A DNA stretch of 64,000 nucleotides. Origin: Lama glama. Its lineage: Eukaryota. Below the pieces are notes generated by a model. The model made no database searches and was not told where the DNA came from. It was given only the letters and a program-made list of their open reading frames with translations. Of this stretch, positions 39,148 to 52,875 are shown piece after piece. Position 1 is the stretch's first letter. Each line of letters opens with the position of its first letter. Location of the stretch: the NCBI GenBank assembly GCA_028534125.1, contig CM052817.1, positions 83,330,001-83,394,000 on the forward strand, written 5' to 3'. Both the position numbers and the translations under genes were made by a program.

Positions 39148-40789
39148 CACTTCAAACTGAAATTTCAGTTACTCCACTTCATACTCACAGAATACTACTA
39201 TCTATTATCTATTACAACTGAAATATTTTTCATGCAGAGGGCAATTTTATGTATAAAAGGAAGCAAAGGAACTCCTGAAAGTTACCCCTAAAATATTGTA
39301 CAGTTTGCCTTTTTTTAATTTCCTTTTTAGAATTGTCCTCCTTGTATTCATACCTTATATGTTAGACATAAATAATTTTTTCTATATCTTTTATAAAACA
39401 AGTCACCATTTTCAAAGAGAAAAAAGCCACTTAAGACAAACCAGTAGCAGATGTACTTATATTTTGAGTTGGTTAATCTAAGACAGCCTCATCTCAGAGA
39501 AACAAGAGCAGTTTATTGGCTAAAGTTTTCATATTAACCTGAAGCAAATTTCTCACCCATCTTTCCAACTGTGGAAGATCTTAGCTTATGCACCTATAGT
39601 ATTTAAGAAGGCTGGCAGGCACATGCAAGTTTTCTAAGAAGGGGCTTCCAGATCAGTGGCTGATGAAATAATATATGTAAGTCTCTGCATTCCATGGACA
39701 GTACAGGCACAGTAAAAAATTGTTTTATAACAACAGTTTAACTTGTTACAATGTCACAATATTTCTCTATTCATATCACAAAAGGCCTCCTGCTGTAATT
39801 TGCCTATAGAATCAATGCTAACTCTATAGAACTCATTACAATAGCAAAGGAGAAAAATATTGGCAAGTCCAGGCAGCCACACTTAACATGTCAGTCCTAA
39901 ACTAATCGTTCTGTTCCCTTGCCTCTTCCTACCAATTTTTAACATTTTAATAACTAAAAATATCCCTCAAAACCGAGTAACCATTAAGAAAACTTTAGCA
40001 TTGTACCTACATATATATATCAAATATATCCCTGTATCACATAAACAGATTATGAAACTTTGCAAAGAAGCAGACTGAAATAAACTCATCACAAATATGA
40101 AAGAAACTTTTGCCTCCATGTTATCTTAAAAAGGGTCATATTCACAACTGACTTAGGGAATTTAACTCATTAGCTTTAACAATTAGAAATTAATTGCCCT
40201 GGGGAGTTGAAGGTAGCCTGAATGCACGAATGTTATGAATCCTTTCTTTCATCAATGAAATTCAGATTTAATATTCAATATTCCAGCATGAGACCAGTCA
40301 TTTAAAGATTATTTATATACTTAAACAGAAACCAACATACAGATATCACTCCTTTGTCTTTATGCAGAGTTTCAACTGTTACCTGGTAACTTGAAAATAT
40401 ATAAAACATATGTTCACTAGGAAATTCTTCAAAATTAATCTTTAAGCTTTTTGAAATGTCTGCTGTTATGTTGCCTATATACCATAAAACTATTTTCAAA
40501 GAACTTGACAAAGAAAAGAATGACAAAGTTGGAAAATCATTTAGCCTACTAAATGCTTCATTACATTTCAAGATCGCTAAATTCTGGACAGACTAGAAGA
40601 AAAAAGGAACTAGGTGTCTACTGCACTAAAAATAAATGGCATAGACTTCTTTTCCTCTTATAGATTTAAAATCCACAGCCTAGTCACAACACAGTCTCGA
40701 AGGAGACAGAATGTGAGGAAGCGATTCAGCAGACCTTGGAACTCCAAGCAGGCACCTTATAATCTGCTCTAAATTGAAAATAAACAGCT

Positions 40790-41340
40790 AAGAACATCAT
40801 GGGAGGGTCCCTGTCATACTGCTTCTGGAGTACTATGTTTAGTTCTCAATACTGTTTAGTATTTAACAGTAGTATTATGTTCTTCTTAAATAGTAAGCAA
40901 TATTTAAGAATATCAACAAACCAGAATATATTCAGAGGTAAGTGATTAGGTGGAAAGTCATTTGAAACTATGTCAAGAGGAACAGCTGAAGGAAATAAGA
41001 CTGTTTAGTTTGAAGTACGAATAAATAGCCATGATAAATATTTTCAATTCTGAAGGCTTTTCATGGGTAAGAGGGTTTAGAATTTTATGTATGTTAAGAA
41101 GTTACAGAAATACAAGTTAAGCTAAGTAAGAGGAAAAAATTTTAAAAAGCAGAAATGTTTGAAGACAAAACTGGCTACCACACAAAGCTAGTAGACCTTC
41201 TACTGCAGGAACTATTCTGGTGTAGGCTGGATAATTATTTGGCAGAAATGTAAGAGAGGGAATTCAAGCAACTGGTTGGTTAATACCTGAACTATATGAG
41301 TTTCAAAGCACTTTTCCAGTATTAAAATTCTAAATTCTAA
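40790..41340 (+). mobile_element. L3/CR1 3' fragment
   Basis: ctggagtactatgtttagttct, gaggaacagctgaaggaa...tgtttagtttgaag, aggctggataattatttggcag; terminal aaattcta repeats. Confidence 0.7.
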
Positions 41341-41548
41341 AATAGAAATACCACAGTCTCAGTGCTTTCACCATCTTCCTTTAAAAGAAATCTCCAAGAA
41401 ATCCCCACTGTTCGTTTGGAGTACCTACTACTGTATGCCTGGTAGAAAAGAAGACTTGACTTAAACCTGGTGAAAGATCACAGAAATTTGAAAAATGACA
41501 GAGTGAAAGTGTTCCATAAAGATCAGCATGCATGTGTGCATGCACAAA

Positions 41549-41574
41549 CACACACACACACACACACACACACA
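41549..41574. repeat. (CA)13 microsatellite preceded by an alternating purine-pyrimidine tract
   Basis: Directly visible. Confidence 0.95.
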
Positions 41575-41881
41575 AATTCACTTCCAAGCCTAAATTAGAA
41601 TTAAGAAAAGTCTTGAACAGAAGCATAGAGAATTAGCATACTAAATCTCAAATGTAAATATTTTGTTTATAAACTACAAATGTGTGGTTAGCTAACTCGA
41701 GGCAGTATTAAGGTAAACATGACTAGACAAATGACTAGAAACAGGATAATGTTACTAAAGCAGAACTACTTGAGTTTTTCCAAATTTCATATCAAATGAA
41801 CCCTGGAAATGTTCTGTATTGTTTGACATTTTTACAAATAAATATCATAATAAAAACATTACTATATTCACTGAAGAAATA

Positions 41882-42395
41882 TGTGGGGGTTTTAAAATAT
41901 TCCTTCAAATTACTTGATACTCTTCCATATAGAGGTGGGGTCAATGTCTCCTTTCCTCGATTCTAGGCTCTGTGATTGACAGACCAACAGAATACATCAG
42001 AAGTAATGCAGTGCCAGTTTCCACACCAGGCTTTAAAAAAATTGGCAGCTTCCACTTCCCAACTCTTGGGACACTGTCTCTTGGAACTTGGCCACCATTC
42101 TGTGAAGAAGTTCAAGTACCCAACAGAGAGGCCCACATGGAAAGGAACCAAGGTGCCTGGTCCTCAGCTCCAACTGAGCTCTCTGCCAGCTTGAGTCCAA
42201 GCCATGTAAATGAGTCATCTTGGAAACAATCCTTCAGCCCCCCAATCAAGCCACCCCAGCTAATACTTTGTGGAGCAAACATGAACCTTCCCCACTGACC
42301 CCTACAAATTTGAAGGCTAAATAAATATCACTGTTCTTTTTTAAGCACCTGAGTTTGAGGGTGAGTTGTTATACAACAATAGATAATCAGCATCA
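41882..42395 (+). mobile_element. MaLR solo LTR (MLT1F/G/H-like)
   Basis: tgtgg...aaaatat...agaggtggggtcaatgtctcc, ggcagcttccacttcc, gagaggcccacatggaaaggaac, gttgttatacaacaatagataa. Confidence 0.85.
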
Positions 42396-43354
42396 AAACC
42401 AAAACTAGCACTGGCCACGTGCAACTTACTTTGAAATTTTCTTTTTTAAGCTTCTACTGCTCTCTAATACGTAGAATGCTGATTTCCCAAATCTTCTTGT
42501 AACTCTATCTACTGGATCTCTTTTACTGAATATTACATATACAGAGTGTAATATGGGGTATACTTTTCAAAAGATATAAATGAATTAATTATAATTTTTA
42601 TCTGAGAACTTAACAGCACTCTTTGAGGTCATTACAGATATTGTAAAATCAATTACAAAAGTAAATACAATAATCATCACACCTGGGGGACATGGGAGTT
42701 CGGGGACAGAGAACATAAATACTTACTCAAATCAGAATCATCCAGAAGAGTATTTTGAACTAGAAGGGATTCTATATATCACTCAGTCCATGCCATGACA
42801 TTTAATTCTATATTCATAAAATAAATGAGCAACAGAAACAGGTCTCAAACACACTTCCCTTCGTGTGTTTTCACAAAACACAGATGCCCTTGAAAATAAA
42901 ACTAAATACAAATTAATATAGAGGATATAGAGGTAAAACAGAGCTACAGCAGCAATCCTCATAATTTATACATTTCCTATGGGTAGCTGCTCTTTGCTGA
43001 GTACTATACATTACAGAATAGAAGGTACATCATTTCTGCTCCACAAATGTTCATATTATAAAGTCACATATCTTAAACAACTCGAGAACTACAGTGGCAG
43101 CTGGTGGCAGGGAGGGGTTGTCCAAAGTAAGGGAAGAGTTAGAATAGTACTAGATTTGTCAAGAGGGTCTTCATGGCACATGTGTAATACATTAATGAGA
43201 CCAAGTCACTAAAGCAAAAGGACTACAGTAGAAAGAAGGCAGAACCTATAATGGATATCCATTTACTGGAGCTAGAAAACAGAATATTCTTAAATGTCTG
43301 TTGAATTATTTAGATTTGCTCCAAACAACAAGGCATCACCATAGCAATTTAAAA

Positions 43355-43670
43355 TTCTGCAGCCTCTTCCACCACAGTCTCTTTTGTTCCCTCTCCATGA
43401 AATAATCTTCCTTTTTTTGCCCTGATGACTCCTATTCATCCTGCAAGATCCAGCTTAAAGGCCTGTAAATCTTCCTTAATCCCAGGTCATATCCACCTAT
43501 CTAGAAGCTCTTTTTTTTTTACAATACTTTCACAGCATTTCCCACTTTACGCTATTAATTTGCTTAATACTGTCTTCTTACTCTCTGCTGTATGAAGTTC
43601 ATGTTCTCTTTCTTATTCCTATAACAATGTCAGACATGACAGAGACATAGTAAAATTTAAGATTAATGAT
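43355..43670 (+). mobile_element. L2 3' fragment
   Basis: gactcctattcatcctgcaagatccagcttaaa...ccttaatccc; pyrimidine-rich. Confidence 0.55.
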
Positions 43671-44564
43671 GTCAAATTAAGGATCAAGTTTGTCTTATGT
43701 TCTTCTATGCTCAGAGATGACAGCCAAATTTAATACAACATGCAAAATAAAATCAATCCAATAAAACTACCCTCAAAACATTCAAAATGCTAAATAATTA
43801 TCCCCTCCCTTAAGGGAACTTCATTACTCATTATGAGTCTGGCATTCGCCAAAAATTTCACAGGCATAAATCGCCCTGAACCCAAACAATAGATAAAGTT
43901 TAACTACAGGTAGACAAAGTTTGGAAATTAACATCTTAGAATAATTTCTAAGTACATTTAATGTAAATATAACTACTTTTCATCATATCTTACCATAAAG
44001 AGGTAAGTTACAGTTATCACTGTCAGTACCATGCTCCATCTTTATAATCTACTTCCATTTCAATGCCAAATGTGAGGAAGATGACTTAAGATTTCCCTGA
44101 AAACACAAGCTCCATTCAGCTTCAGACAAACTAGACCATGGGGGACTCATTCAGAAATCACAGTCAGTGCTAAATCAAGAAATAAAAGTAAAGAATCACT
44201 TTATATGACACTTTGAAACATTGTAAAAGGGAGAGTCATGAAACTACCCATTTATAATATTTGAGGTAGAATTTCAGCTCCTGGTAGGCTTCAGAAAACT
44301 TAAATAAATTTATATACAGATTTAAAATAATTTTTTTTGTTCAGCTTGTATTCTATTTTAAACTCTGTAGAATTTATCACAATGAAAAAAAGAAAGAAAA
44401 AGTCCAAACCCCACATTGTTAAGGGGAAGAACACTGTTTCTTTGGGTAGAAATCTATTATCATTCTTTAAAATTTGTATTTTCAGTAAGTTTCCATAAAA
44501 TACATAAGATATAAATAATAGTTCTTTCATAAAATAAATAGGAAAATCTGACAAAGAATTTATT

Positions 44565-45790
44565 ATTCATTCAATAATTAAATGAATCATTGCTGATCAC
44601 ATACTTTAAGCAACAGATACTGAGTCAAAACTGATTTATGCTCTCCTCTAGGAACGATCAAACAATTATTATTCAGTAGGGTAAGTGCTATAACATCAGT
44701 GTGTACTCAGGGCAAATGCACAAAAAAAGTTAACTACCTGGGAAAGTTGGGAAAAGCATTAAAGGAAATGTTCATCTTAAAGAATTCAGAGCAGTTTAGA
44801 TAGCAGGAATAGCATGTGCAAAATAAAAACAAAAAACAGGAAGCACAAAAGAGAAAAGTGTGTTCAATAAATAGTTACAGCTTAACATGGCTAATGACTA
44901 TAGATTAGGGAGGGAAGTGGCAGGAAGTGGGCTACTAAGGTAAGAGGCCTGACTGCCTAAGGCTTTGCACACTTTGCAAAGAACTTTACCTTCCAGTCAG
45001 TAAAAACCCATGAAGGTTTGGAGTGCTTGTGGGGAGGAATAACATCATAAAATTTACATTAAGAAAAATAATTCTAGACTCAGCATGAAAAACAGGCTGG
45101 AAAGAGTAAAACTAGCGGCAGGAAAATTAAGTAGGCCAATGAAAAATGAAGATGAAAATGATCAAGATATAATCAAGGCAGAAGATGGACAGTAAGGAAC
45201 AGATATTAGAGTCCCAAGGTAGAATCAGTAGAACTCGATGACTAGGAGGGTGAGGCAGAGAGGAGTCTACAGTAACTCTAGGATTTCCACCTTAAGGACT
45301 AAATGAATAGTGATGACATTAATTAAAATAGAGAAATCAAGAAATGAATCCTGTCTGAAGGAGAAGAGATTTAAAAAATTCAATTTTATTTGTACTGGTT
45401 TTGATTTCAATCTTGGGCATTCAGGAAATATAGGTCTGGAGCTCAGAATAAATGTCTGGAATGAAATTACAGATTTGGGAGCCAATACAGAAATCAGAAA
45501 GCTAAATGAAATTATGTGCATAGTGAGAAAGAAGCCAAGGTAAACTGAGAAGACTAGACAACCAGGAGAAAAAAAATGATAAGTGTTTTGGGGGGAAGGA
45601 ACAACAACGTTTTTAATCAGGAAGTGTCTAGTGCAAGGTAATATGGAAACCTGAGTATCCGGAGAACTTACAGGGTAGATTGATCAGAACTCTGTTTAGA
45701 GGAGGAGCTGAGAAGTCTCCTTGGGAGACAGGGAGAGGGTATAATATCATTATCCTTAAGAAAGAGACTAGAGGCATGAAGTTTGGTTTA
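44565..45790 (-). mobile_element. L2 element (antisense, purine-rich)
   Basis: Starts attcattcaa (L2 tail reverse complement); contains ggaatagcatgtgcaaa, taaaatttacattaagaaaaataattctagact, aggtctggagctcaga, acagatttgggag. Confidence 0.7.
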
Positions 45791-45800
45791 AGAATAATGG

Positions 45801-47148
45801 ATTGATAATTTTCAACAAGAATGCCAAGACATTCCAATGGGGAAAGAACAGTCTTTCAATAAATGATTCTAGAACAAACTGGATTTTTACATGTCAGAGA
45901 ATGAGGGTGAACTCCTTCCTCACACCATACATAAAAATTAACTCAGAAGGTATTATAGACCTAAATGTAAGAACTAAAACTACAAATCTGTTAGAAGAAA
46001 ACATAGATGAAAATCTTTGTGACCTTGGGTTAGGCAAAGTCTTCTGGGATATGACATCAAAAGCAAAAGCAACAACAATACACATACACACACACATACA
46101 TACATACATACATATACATATATATATACATACATACATACTGGACTTCATAAAAAATTAAAAGCCTTTTTACTTCAAAGGATACCGTAAAGAAAGTGGA
46201 AATGCAATTCACAGACAGGAGAAAATATTTGCAAGCCATATATCTGATAAGAGACTTGTATTTAGCATTTATAAAGAATTTGTACAACTCAATAATTAAA
46301 AAACAAATAACCCAACTAAGAATTGGACAAAGGTCCTGAATAGGTATTTCTCTAAAAAACGTATAGAAGTGTCCAGCAAATACATGAAAAGATTCCCAAC
46401 ATCATTAGCCATCAGTGAAAGGCAAATTAAAACCACAATGAGACATCACTTCATATCCACTCAGATGCCTATAAAAAAAAGGCACACAATAACAAGTACT
46501 GATGAAAATGTGAAGAAAATGAAACCTTTATGTGATGCTAGTGGGAATGTAAAATCAAGCAACCACTTTGTAAAACTGTCTGGCAGTTTCTCAGAATGTT
46601 AAACACAAAGTTGCCATGTGACTCAGCAATTTCATCCCTAGGTATATTATCAAGGGAATTTCAAACGTATGTCCACACAAAAACTTATAACTTATGTACA
46701 AATGTTTATAGCAACATTATTCATAATAACTGAAAAATGAAAACAACCAAAATGTTATCAATTTATGAATGGATAAGTAACAATGGAATGTTATTCAGCA
46801 ATAAAAAAGAATGAAATATTGACACATACAACAACACAGATGAACCTTGAGAATATCATCCTAAGTGAAAAAAAACAGTCACTAAAGAACATATTTTGTA
46901 TAATTCCAATTATATGAAATGTCCAAAACAGGCAAATCTTGCTTAAGGTTGGGAGTTAGGGAGAAATGGACAATGATGACTAATAGGTTTAAGATTTCAT
47001 TTTGGGATGCTGAAATGATCTAAAATCAATTACTGTAATAGTTGTAAAACTCTGTGAGTATACAAAACACTACTGAAAGATACATTTTAAATAGCTGACG
47101 TGTGGTATGTGACTTACATCTCAATGAAGCTGTTGTTTTTTTTTTAAT
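45801..47148 (+). mobile_element. Old L1 (L1MB/MC-type) ORF2 3' part and 3'UTR
   Basis: ORF 45802..46161 (IIFNKNAKTFQWGKNSL...LTPYIKINS) and 46369..46602 are L1 ORF2-like. 3'UTR ends catctcaatgaagctgtt. Internal CA/TA microsatellite at ~46058-46140. Confidence 0.9.
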
Positions 47149-50100
47149 GAATAATGATTCAGGATTGTTCCCAGGTTCAGTCTCTAAGTATTTATGTGCA
47201 GTTTCATAAAAATTTACATAAATATTGAAGGTCTAAACAATTAAATAACACTGATATCAGCACTTACATAGGGACCATAAAAAACAACAAGCTGCTTTGG
47301 CAAGTTACAGCATCGAATTACCACAGTGACAATGACATTGGACACTGGGAAATAGCAGGCTGAAGTACAGGCCTCTTTGGCAGGCAGCAAGGGTGGTTAT
47401 ATCCTCCTCCAGCACCTGTAACATAACTGCTTGGTTCTTAGCTGTAGCATAAAAGGAGAAAAATTGCAGATACCACAAGGCAGCCAAGAATTGTTCAACA
47501 GTACACACAGGAAGCACTTCTCCCAGAATGATTTTGATGGAATTTTAGATGTACCTGGGTTTCATAAGATTGGGCAGAAATACTAATTTGTGACTGTCAC
47601 TTTAACAGTGTTCTAACCCCTGCATCTAAAAGCTCTCAGGCCAAACTGGACTGGATCAACACCGGTTATAGAGAAGACAAGTCGGATGAGATGAGAAGAA
47701 ATTCTTTAGGTTGAGAAATTAAGAGTTCATTATTAACCATAGCAAAAGCGCTTTTAAAGGACTGGTGAAAACAGAGCCACCTTGTTCTGTAAAATGAATA
47801 CAGGGTACGCAAGTAGAAACAACAATTACAGACAGGTTTTCTCAACAAGTTTGGCAGTACCCCACTCTCCACTGTTCAGTCCTTCTATTTAATCTTCGTT
47901 TTCTTACTTGCCTTTCTGCATAGGAGACTGCAAATGGATTTATTCAGATTAAGTTCAGAGTATGACTGAAATTTCCAACTATCATTCTAATCCCTTTAAA
48001 AAACTTACCCACAGTTATAGGCCTCAAAATTCTTATGCTAAATAATTAACCGGAGTAAAGATAAATATACATAATTCTTAACTATTAAATACTACATATT
48101 TATAAATTCTGCTTCTCTTTTTAGTGTATTTTCAGTCCTATACTTAAGTATAAGTATGTAATACTCATTCCTTTCTCCATCTGTTTCTAAGAGATTTCCA
48201 CTTTTCTTAACTTTTAATTTTCCTTTTCAGCACTCCTTTCTCCTATTTTCTATCCCAGTTTCAAGTTTGGAATATAGCTGCCTCAATCAGTCAACTTTTA
48301 TAGATTATCAGGATAGACTATTGATTTACTTGGCTTTATCCAAGCTGTTATCTAAATTATATCTAAAAGATGGCACATTCTAAGATAAAAGTTTTAGTCT
48401 CAGGAGAGAATCCAAGAACAAACCCAATATTTCTCTTTATAAAAAAGGACATCAAAATTCAAGATATAATCAAGTAGGAGCATTTGAAATAAAACAGAAC
48501 ACATCATGCTCTCCTGTACAAAAACCCAGGTAATTCTTACTGTGCCCCTCTGTTGACACCATGCTTCAAGAAATGGCAGAGGGGAGAAAGTCCAACTAAA
48601 GGTAACTGAAATGACTAAAAAGATTAAGAGGCTGATAAAACACTGAGAAACTGAATTCCAATCTAAAAAGGTGAAGTATGAAGAGACACTTGTGTTAAAT
48701 GTGTTTTCAGGATAAAGGAAGTTACATGGGCAAGAGGAATGGGTATAACTTAACTGCATCTTGAGAGAAGAGTTGCCATACTGTGGTGAGATGAAAGAAT
48801 TTATTCCTGACACAGTCAGGAGCATATTTTAGGCAAATTCAGGGCTGATTTTCCCATGACTCCTTAATTTTATACCTAATCCACCATGATCTCCCTTCCT
48901 GAATTTATTACAGTAATTCTCAGGACCACTCATTTGTTCTCATTATGCAATGCCATGCTAGCATTTTTTTCCTAGATGTTGTCTCCCTAATTGTAACAGT
49001 AGACTCTTAAATCGGGGGATTCCACGTTTTCTTTGTTTTCCACATGTCAGTAAGTATAATACTTTACCAACTTGTTAATATTACAAACAAACAGCAAGAT
49101 TGAATGTAGATTCATTATGTTCAACACTACAACTAATAAGTGTTCCTCTGGCACAGAAACAAGTAATTTGGGGATAAGTGAGAGAAAAATTCACTTGGTA
49201 AGTAGTAAACATTACAGGAATTGGTAAAGATCAAAAATATAGTTAATTTCAAGAAAGGTTTAAGTCAATTAAGTGAATGATAACTTAAAACTGAAAAATT
49301 TATAGATGTTTGCAATATATCTCCATTCTTTAAAAACTGTCAGAAAAACTCACTGCTACATTGTCTGACAGACTTATTGACTAACTGTATTTGAGATACA
49401 TAAAAGAGTAAAAATTAATGAATAAATGGCTTGAGACAAAATCATGAGTTTGTCATTGTTCCCTTCCTATCTCCCTCATCTTTAGGGACTCCAGTAGTTG
49501 CCAGTGCCTTGGCCAATCCCCAGCTACAGACGTATCACTTGCATGAGCCAACCCTCTGGGTCAATCCTCCTTTTTTCATCAAACTTATCGTCCTTGAATC
49601 ATTCCAATGAATAATTCCAAGTAAATGCAGCAAAATCCATTCTCCTGGATACTGTGGATAATTCAAATTAAAGGTAGCAAATATCCATTCTCATAAAGAA
49701 TTATCTATTTCAAAGTGGTTGGAGGCCAAAATCATTGTTTCTAGGCTTTCCCAAGAGTATAGTCTTTCTAAGATTAGACAGAGTCATGCTAATAGTTCTG
49801 CAGTGGAAGCAGACCGGCATTTCTTGTTTTGAGTGGACAAATAACACATTTTTATATATACCTATGTCCACATTCATAATAAACCCCAGTAGTGAAACAA
49901 AATGTCAAAACTTTAATTCTAACAAAAAAAAAAGTTTAACTCTTTCTTTCACAGTCCCTCCATTCTTTAATTTTTTCTCACCTCAGTCCCCAAGTCACAA
50001 AAATTCACACATCTCTTCCTTATAACCACCATTCTGCTTCCACAGGTTCTGTGAGTTTTGGCTACTTTAACTTACAACTATGTTCATAATAAGCTGGAGA

Positions 50101-51014
50101 AAATTATATTTAAATTAGGATTCAGAACATTAAAAACAAAGAAGGACTAATGGGCATCAGTATCGCAAATCAATGTATTACACATGCATGACCAAAAATC
50201 CACTGAAGAAAACAGAAATATGCCATCTCCATAAACACTGACTCATGACCCTAAGAAAATACAAACAGTGGTAAGAAAGAAGACTTTAAATAGAAATCCT
50301 TATTTGTGTCCTTTTCCTTGCCTCAAAATAATTTGCATAGAAAATAAACAAAAGACGATGAGTCAAAACAAAATAGACTAAAAAGATGAGGAGCTTTCAA
50401 ATGGATAGTTCTATAGTATTCAATGAGGAAGCAATAAAATTAATAATGAATTTGGATGCTTTCATAGATTTAAGAGTCAGTCTGGGCAAGAGAATGTGAG
50501 TTATTATAAAAGCATTTTTGCTAAGGGTTCAACATTTTGGAGCAAGCTTGGTGGCCAAGTTTGGCGACACAGCATCAGTATCATAAAACTGTAGAGTACT
50601 TGGAAAGCAGTATGTTACACTGGAGATCACTACATTGGTTTGGCAGACTTGAATATTTTTATTAGGAAATATTTCCATTGCAACAGCAAATGGGATATTA
50701 AAAAGATCAGATCCAATTTTTAGGATGTTTATGATTAATATGTTGCATGACATTTCCTGTGACAGGGAATTGTGAACCATGGGAACTGTGAACCATGTGT
50801 GCAATGTGTATACACGGATATGTGAAGTAAAGCACACCAAGTACATTTCTGCTAGCCAAGTGCCCATCTGTATGCACAGCACCAGTTCTGTAAAAATGCA
50901 GAACAGCAGTATGGAAGGACAAAGCGAAAAGCTCATTAAGCCTAAAGGTGGTGATGATCACACCAACTCATCATATTTACCTACTAAATTTCTTCCAGAA
51001 GGATTCATGGATGT

Positions 51015-51128
51015 GGGGGAGGGGAAGAGAGAGGGGGAGAGAGAGAGAGAGGGAGAAGGAGGAGGAGGAGAACAAAGGAGAGAGAAGAGGAGAAGGGAGA
51101 AGGGAGGAAGGAAGGAAGAGAGGAGGCA
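51015..51128. repeat. GA-rich polypurine low-complexity tract
   Basis: Nearly pure A/G run; source of the E/R/G-rich spurious ORFs. Confidence 0.9.
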
Positions 51129-51841
51129 ATAAAATACTGAGGATGTTATGCAATCAGTGTATTTTTCAGGTACATTTAAACATACATACATACATACGCA
51201 AAAAATATATATGTTTGTGTGTGCGGAGAGAGAGTGACCAAGAGAAAATGCACAAAAGAGATCTAACTGTATCTAACAAATTATGGACAATAAGAGTCAT
51301 ATGGCCTATATTTGGAGGTCACCACTAAGTATTCTTCTAGTTGACGTGTTACATGGAATAAAAATGACTTTATAAATCTAATTCATAACAAGTAAAAGTC
51401 CTAATATTGCTTAATTGATTTATTTGATGTTAGTAAGAGAAATCGTGTATGGTACAACGGTTTACCATGGAGTAAACTATATATTTAAAACATCTACTTC
51501 AGGACTCTATATGTAACATTAATTAGCCCTCCTAGTTTTAGAGATTACCATGTTGATTCATGCTTAAACAGAGGTTTAGCTTGTCAGCACATACAGCTTT
51601 CCTGATAAAGAAATGGAATCAGTATGACAAATCTGTGACTTTGAATTCATTTTCATGTTAAGAGAACATGCTGCCTTAATTAAAGTGAGGAAACATTATG
51701 ATGAGACAAAAACAGCGTAACAAGGAAGAAGGTTCAATTTAGATACAAATCTTTCAATAAGACAACTAGAATAAATGAAAAAAAAAAGGGAATGAACCAG
51801 AAAACTGTTTACCATTCTTCTCGTTTTCCTGAAACTATCTT

Positions 51842-52875
51842 TTTTTAACATTTTTATTGATTTATAATCATTTTACAATGTTGTGTCAAATTCCAGTGTT
51901 CAGCACAATTTTTCAGTCATACATGGACATATACACACTCATTGTCACATTTTTTTCTCTGTGAGCTACCATAACATTTTGTGTATATTTCCCTGTGCTA
52001 TACAGTATAATCTTGTTTATCTATTCTACAATTTTGAAATCCCAGTCTANNNNNNNNNNNNNNNNNNNNNNNNNNNNNNNNNNNNNNNNNNNNNNNNNNN
52101 NNNNNNNNNNNNNNNNNNNNNNNNNNNNNNNNNNNNNNNNNNNNNNNNNNNNNNNNNNNNNNNNNNNNNNNNNNNNNNNNNNNNNNNNNNNNNNNNNNNN
52201 NNNNNNNNNNNNNNNNNNNNNNNNNNNNNNNNNNNNNNNNNNNNNNNNNNNNNNNNNNNNNNNNNNNNNNNNNNNNNNNNNNNNNNNNNNNNNNNNNNNN
52301 NNNNNNNNNNNNNNNNNNNNNNNNNNNNNNNNNNNNNNNNNNNNNNNNNNNNNNNNNNNNNNNNNNNNNNNNNNNNNNNNNNNNNNNNNNNNNNNNNNNN
52401 NNNNNNNNNNNNNNNNNNNNNNNNNNNNNNNNNNNNNNNNNNNNNNNNNNNNNNNNNNNNNNNNNNNNNNNNNNNNNNNNNNNNNNNNNNNNNNNNNNNN
52501 NNNNNNNNNNNNNNNNNNNNNNNNNNNNNNNNNNNNNNNNNNNNNNNNNATTTTTCAGTCATACATGGACATATACACACTCATTGTCACATTTTTTTCT
52601 CTGTGAGCTACCATAACATTTTGTGTATATTTCCCTGTGCTATACAGTATAATCTTGTTTATCTATTCTACAATTTTGAAATCCCAGTCTATCCCTTCCC
52701 ACCCTCCGCCCCCCTGGCAACCACAAGTCTGTATTCTCTGTCTATGAGAATGTCATTCTAAGTGAAGTAAGACAGAAAGAGAAAGAAAAATACCAGATGA
52801 GATCGCTCATATGTGGAATCTAAACAAACAAAAAACAAAAAACAAACAAACAAAAACAAAGCATAAATACAGGAT
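51842..52875 (-). mobile_element. Young 5'-inverted (twin-primed) L1 fragment spanning the assembly gap
   Basis: Poly(T) plus antisense 3'UTR to 52748, then a sense-oriented upstream L1 segment 52746-52871. Perfect 12-bp TSD TGAAACTATCTT at 51830-51841 and 52876-52887; TT/AAGA site. Confidence 0.93.
52050..52549. other. Assembly gap (500 N), probably spurious
   Basis: Flanked by identical 142-bp direct copies (51908-52049 and 52550-52691). Confidence 0.9.

Noticed and set aside
40302..40571. Minus-strand ORF with a candidate 42-bp exon (VTVETLHKDKGVIS)
   Set aside because: Weak splice sites and no recognisable homology.
48400..48825. 141-aa minus-strand ORF
   Set aside because: Composition typical of random T-rich frames; no domain recognised.
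50779..51328. 117- and 126-aa ORFs rich in E/R/G
   Set aside because: Produced by the GA-rich low-complexity tract.
51883..52761. Longest listed ORFs (292, 203 and 177 aa)
   Set aside because: They read through 500 Ns; the real residues are L1 3'UTR sequence.
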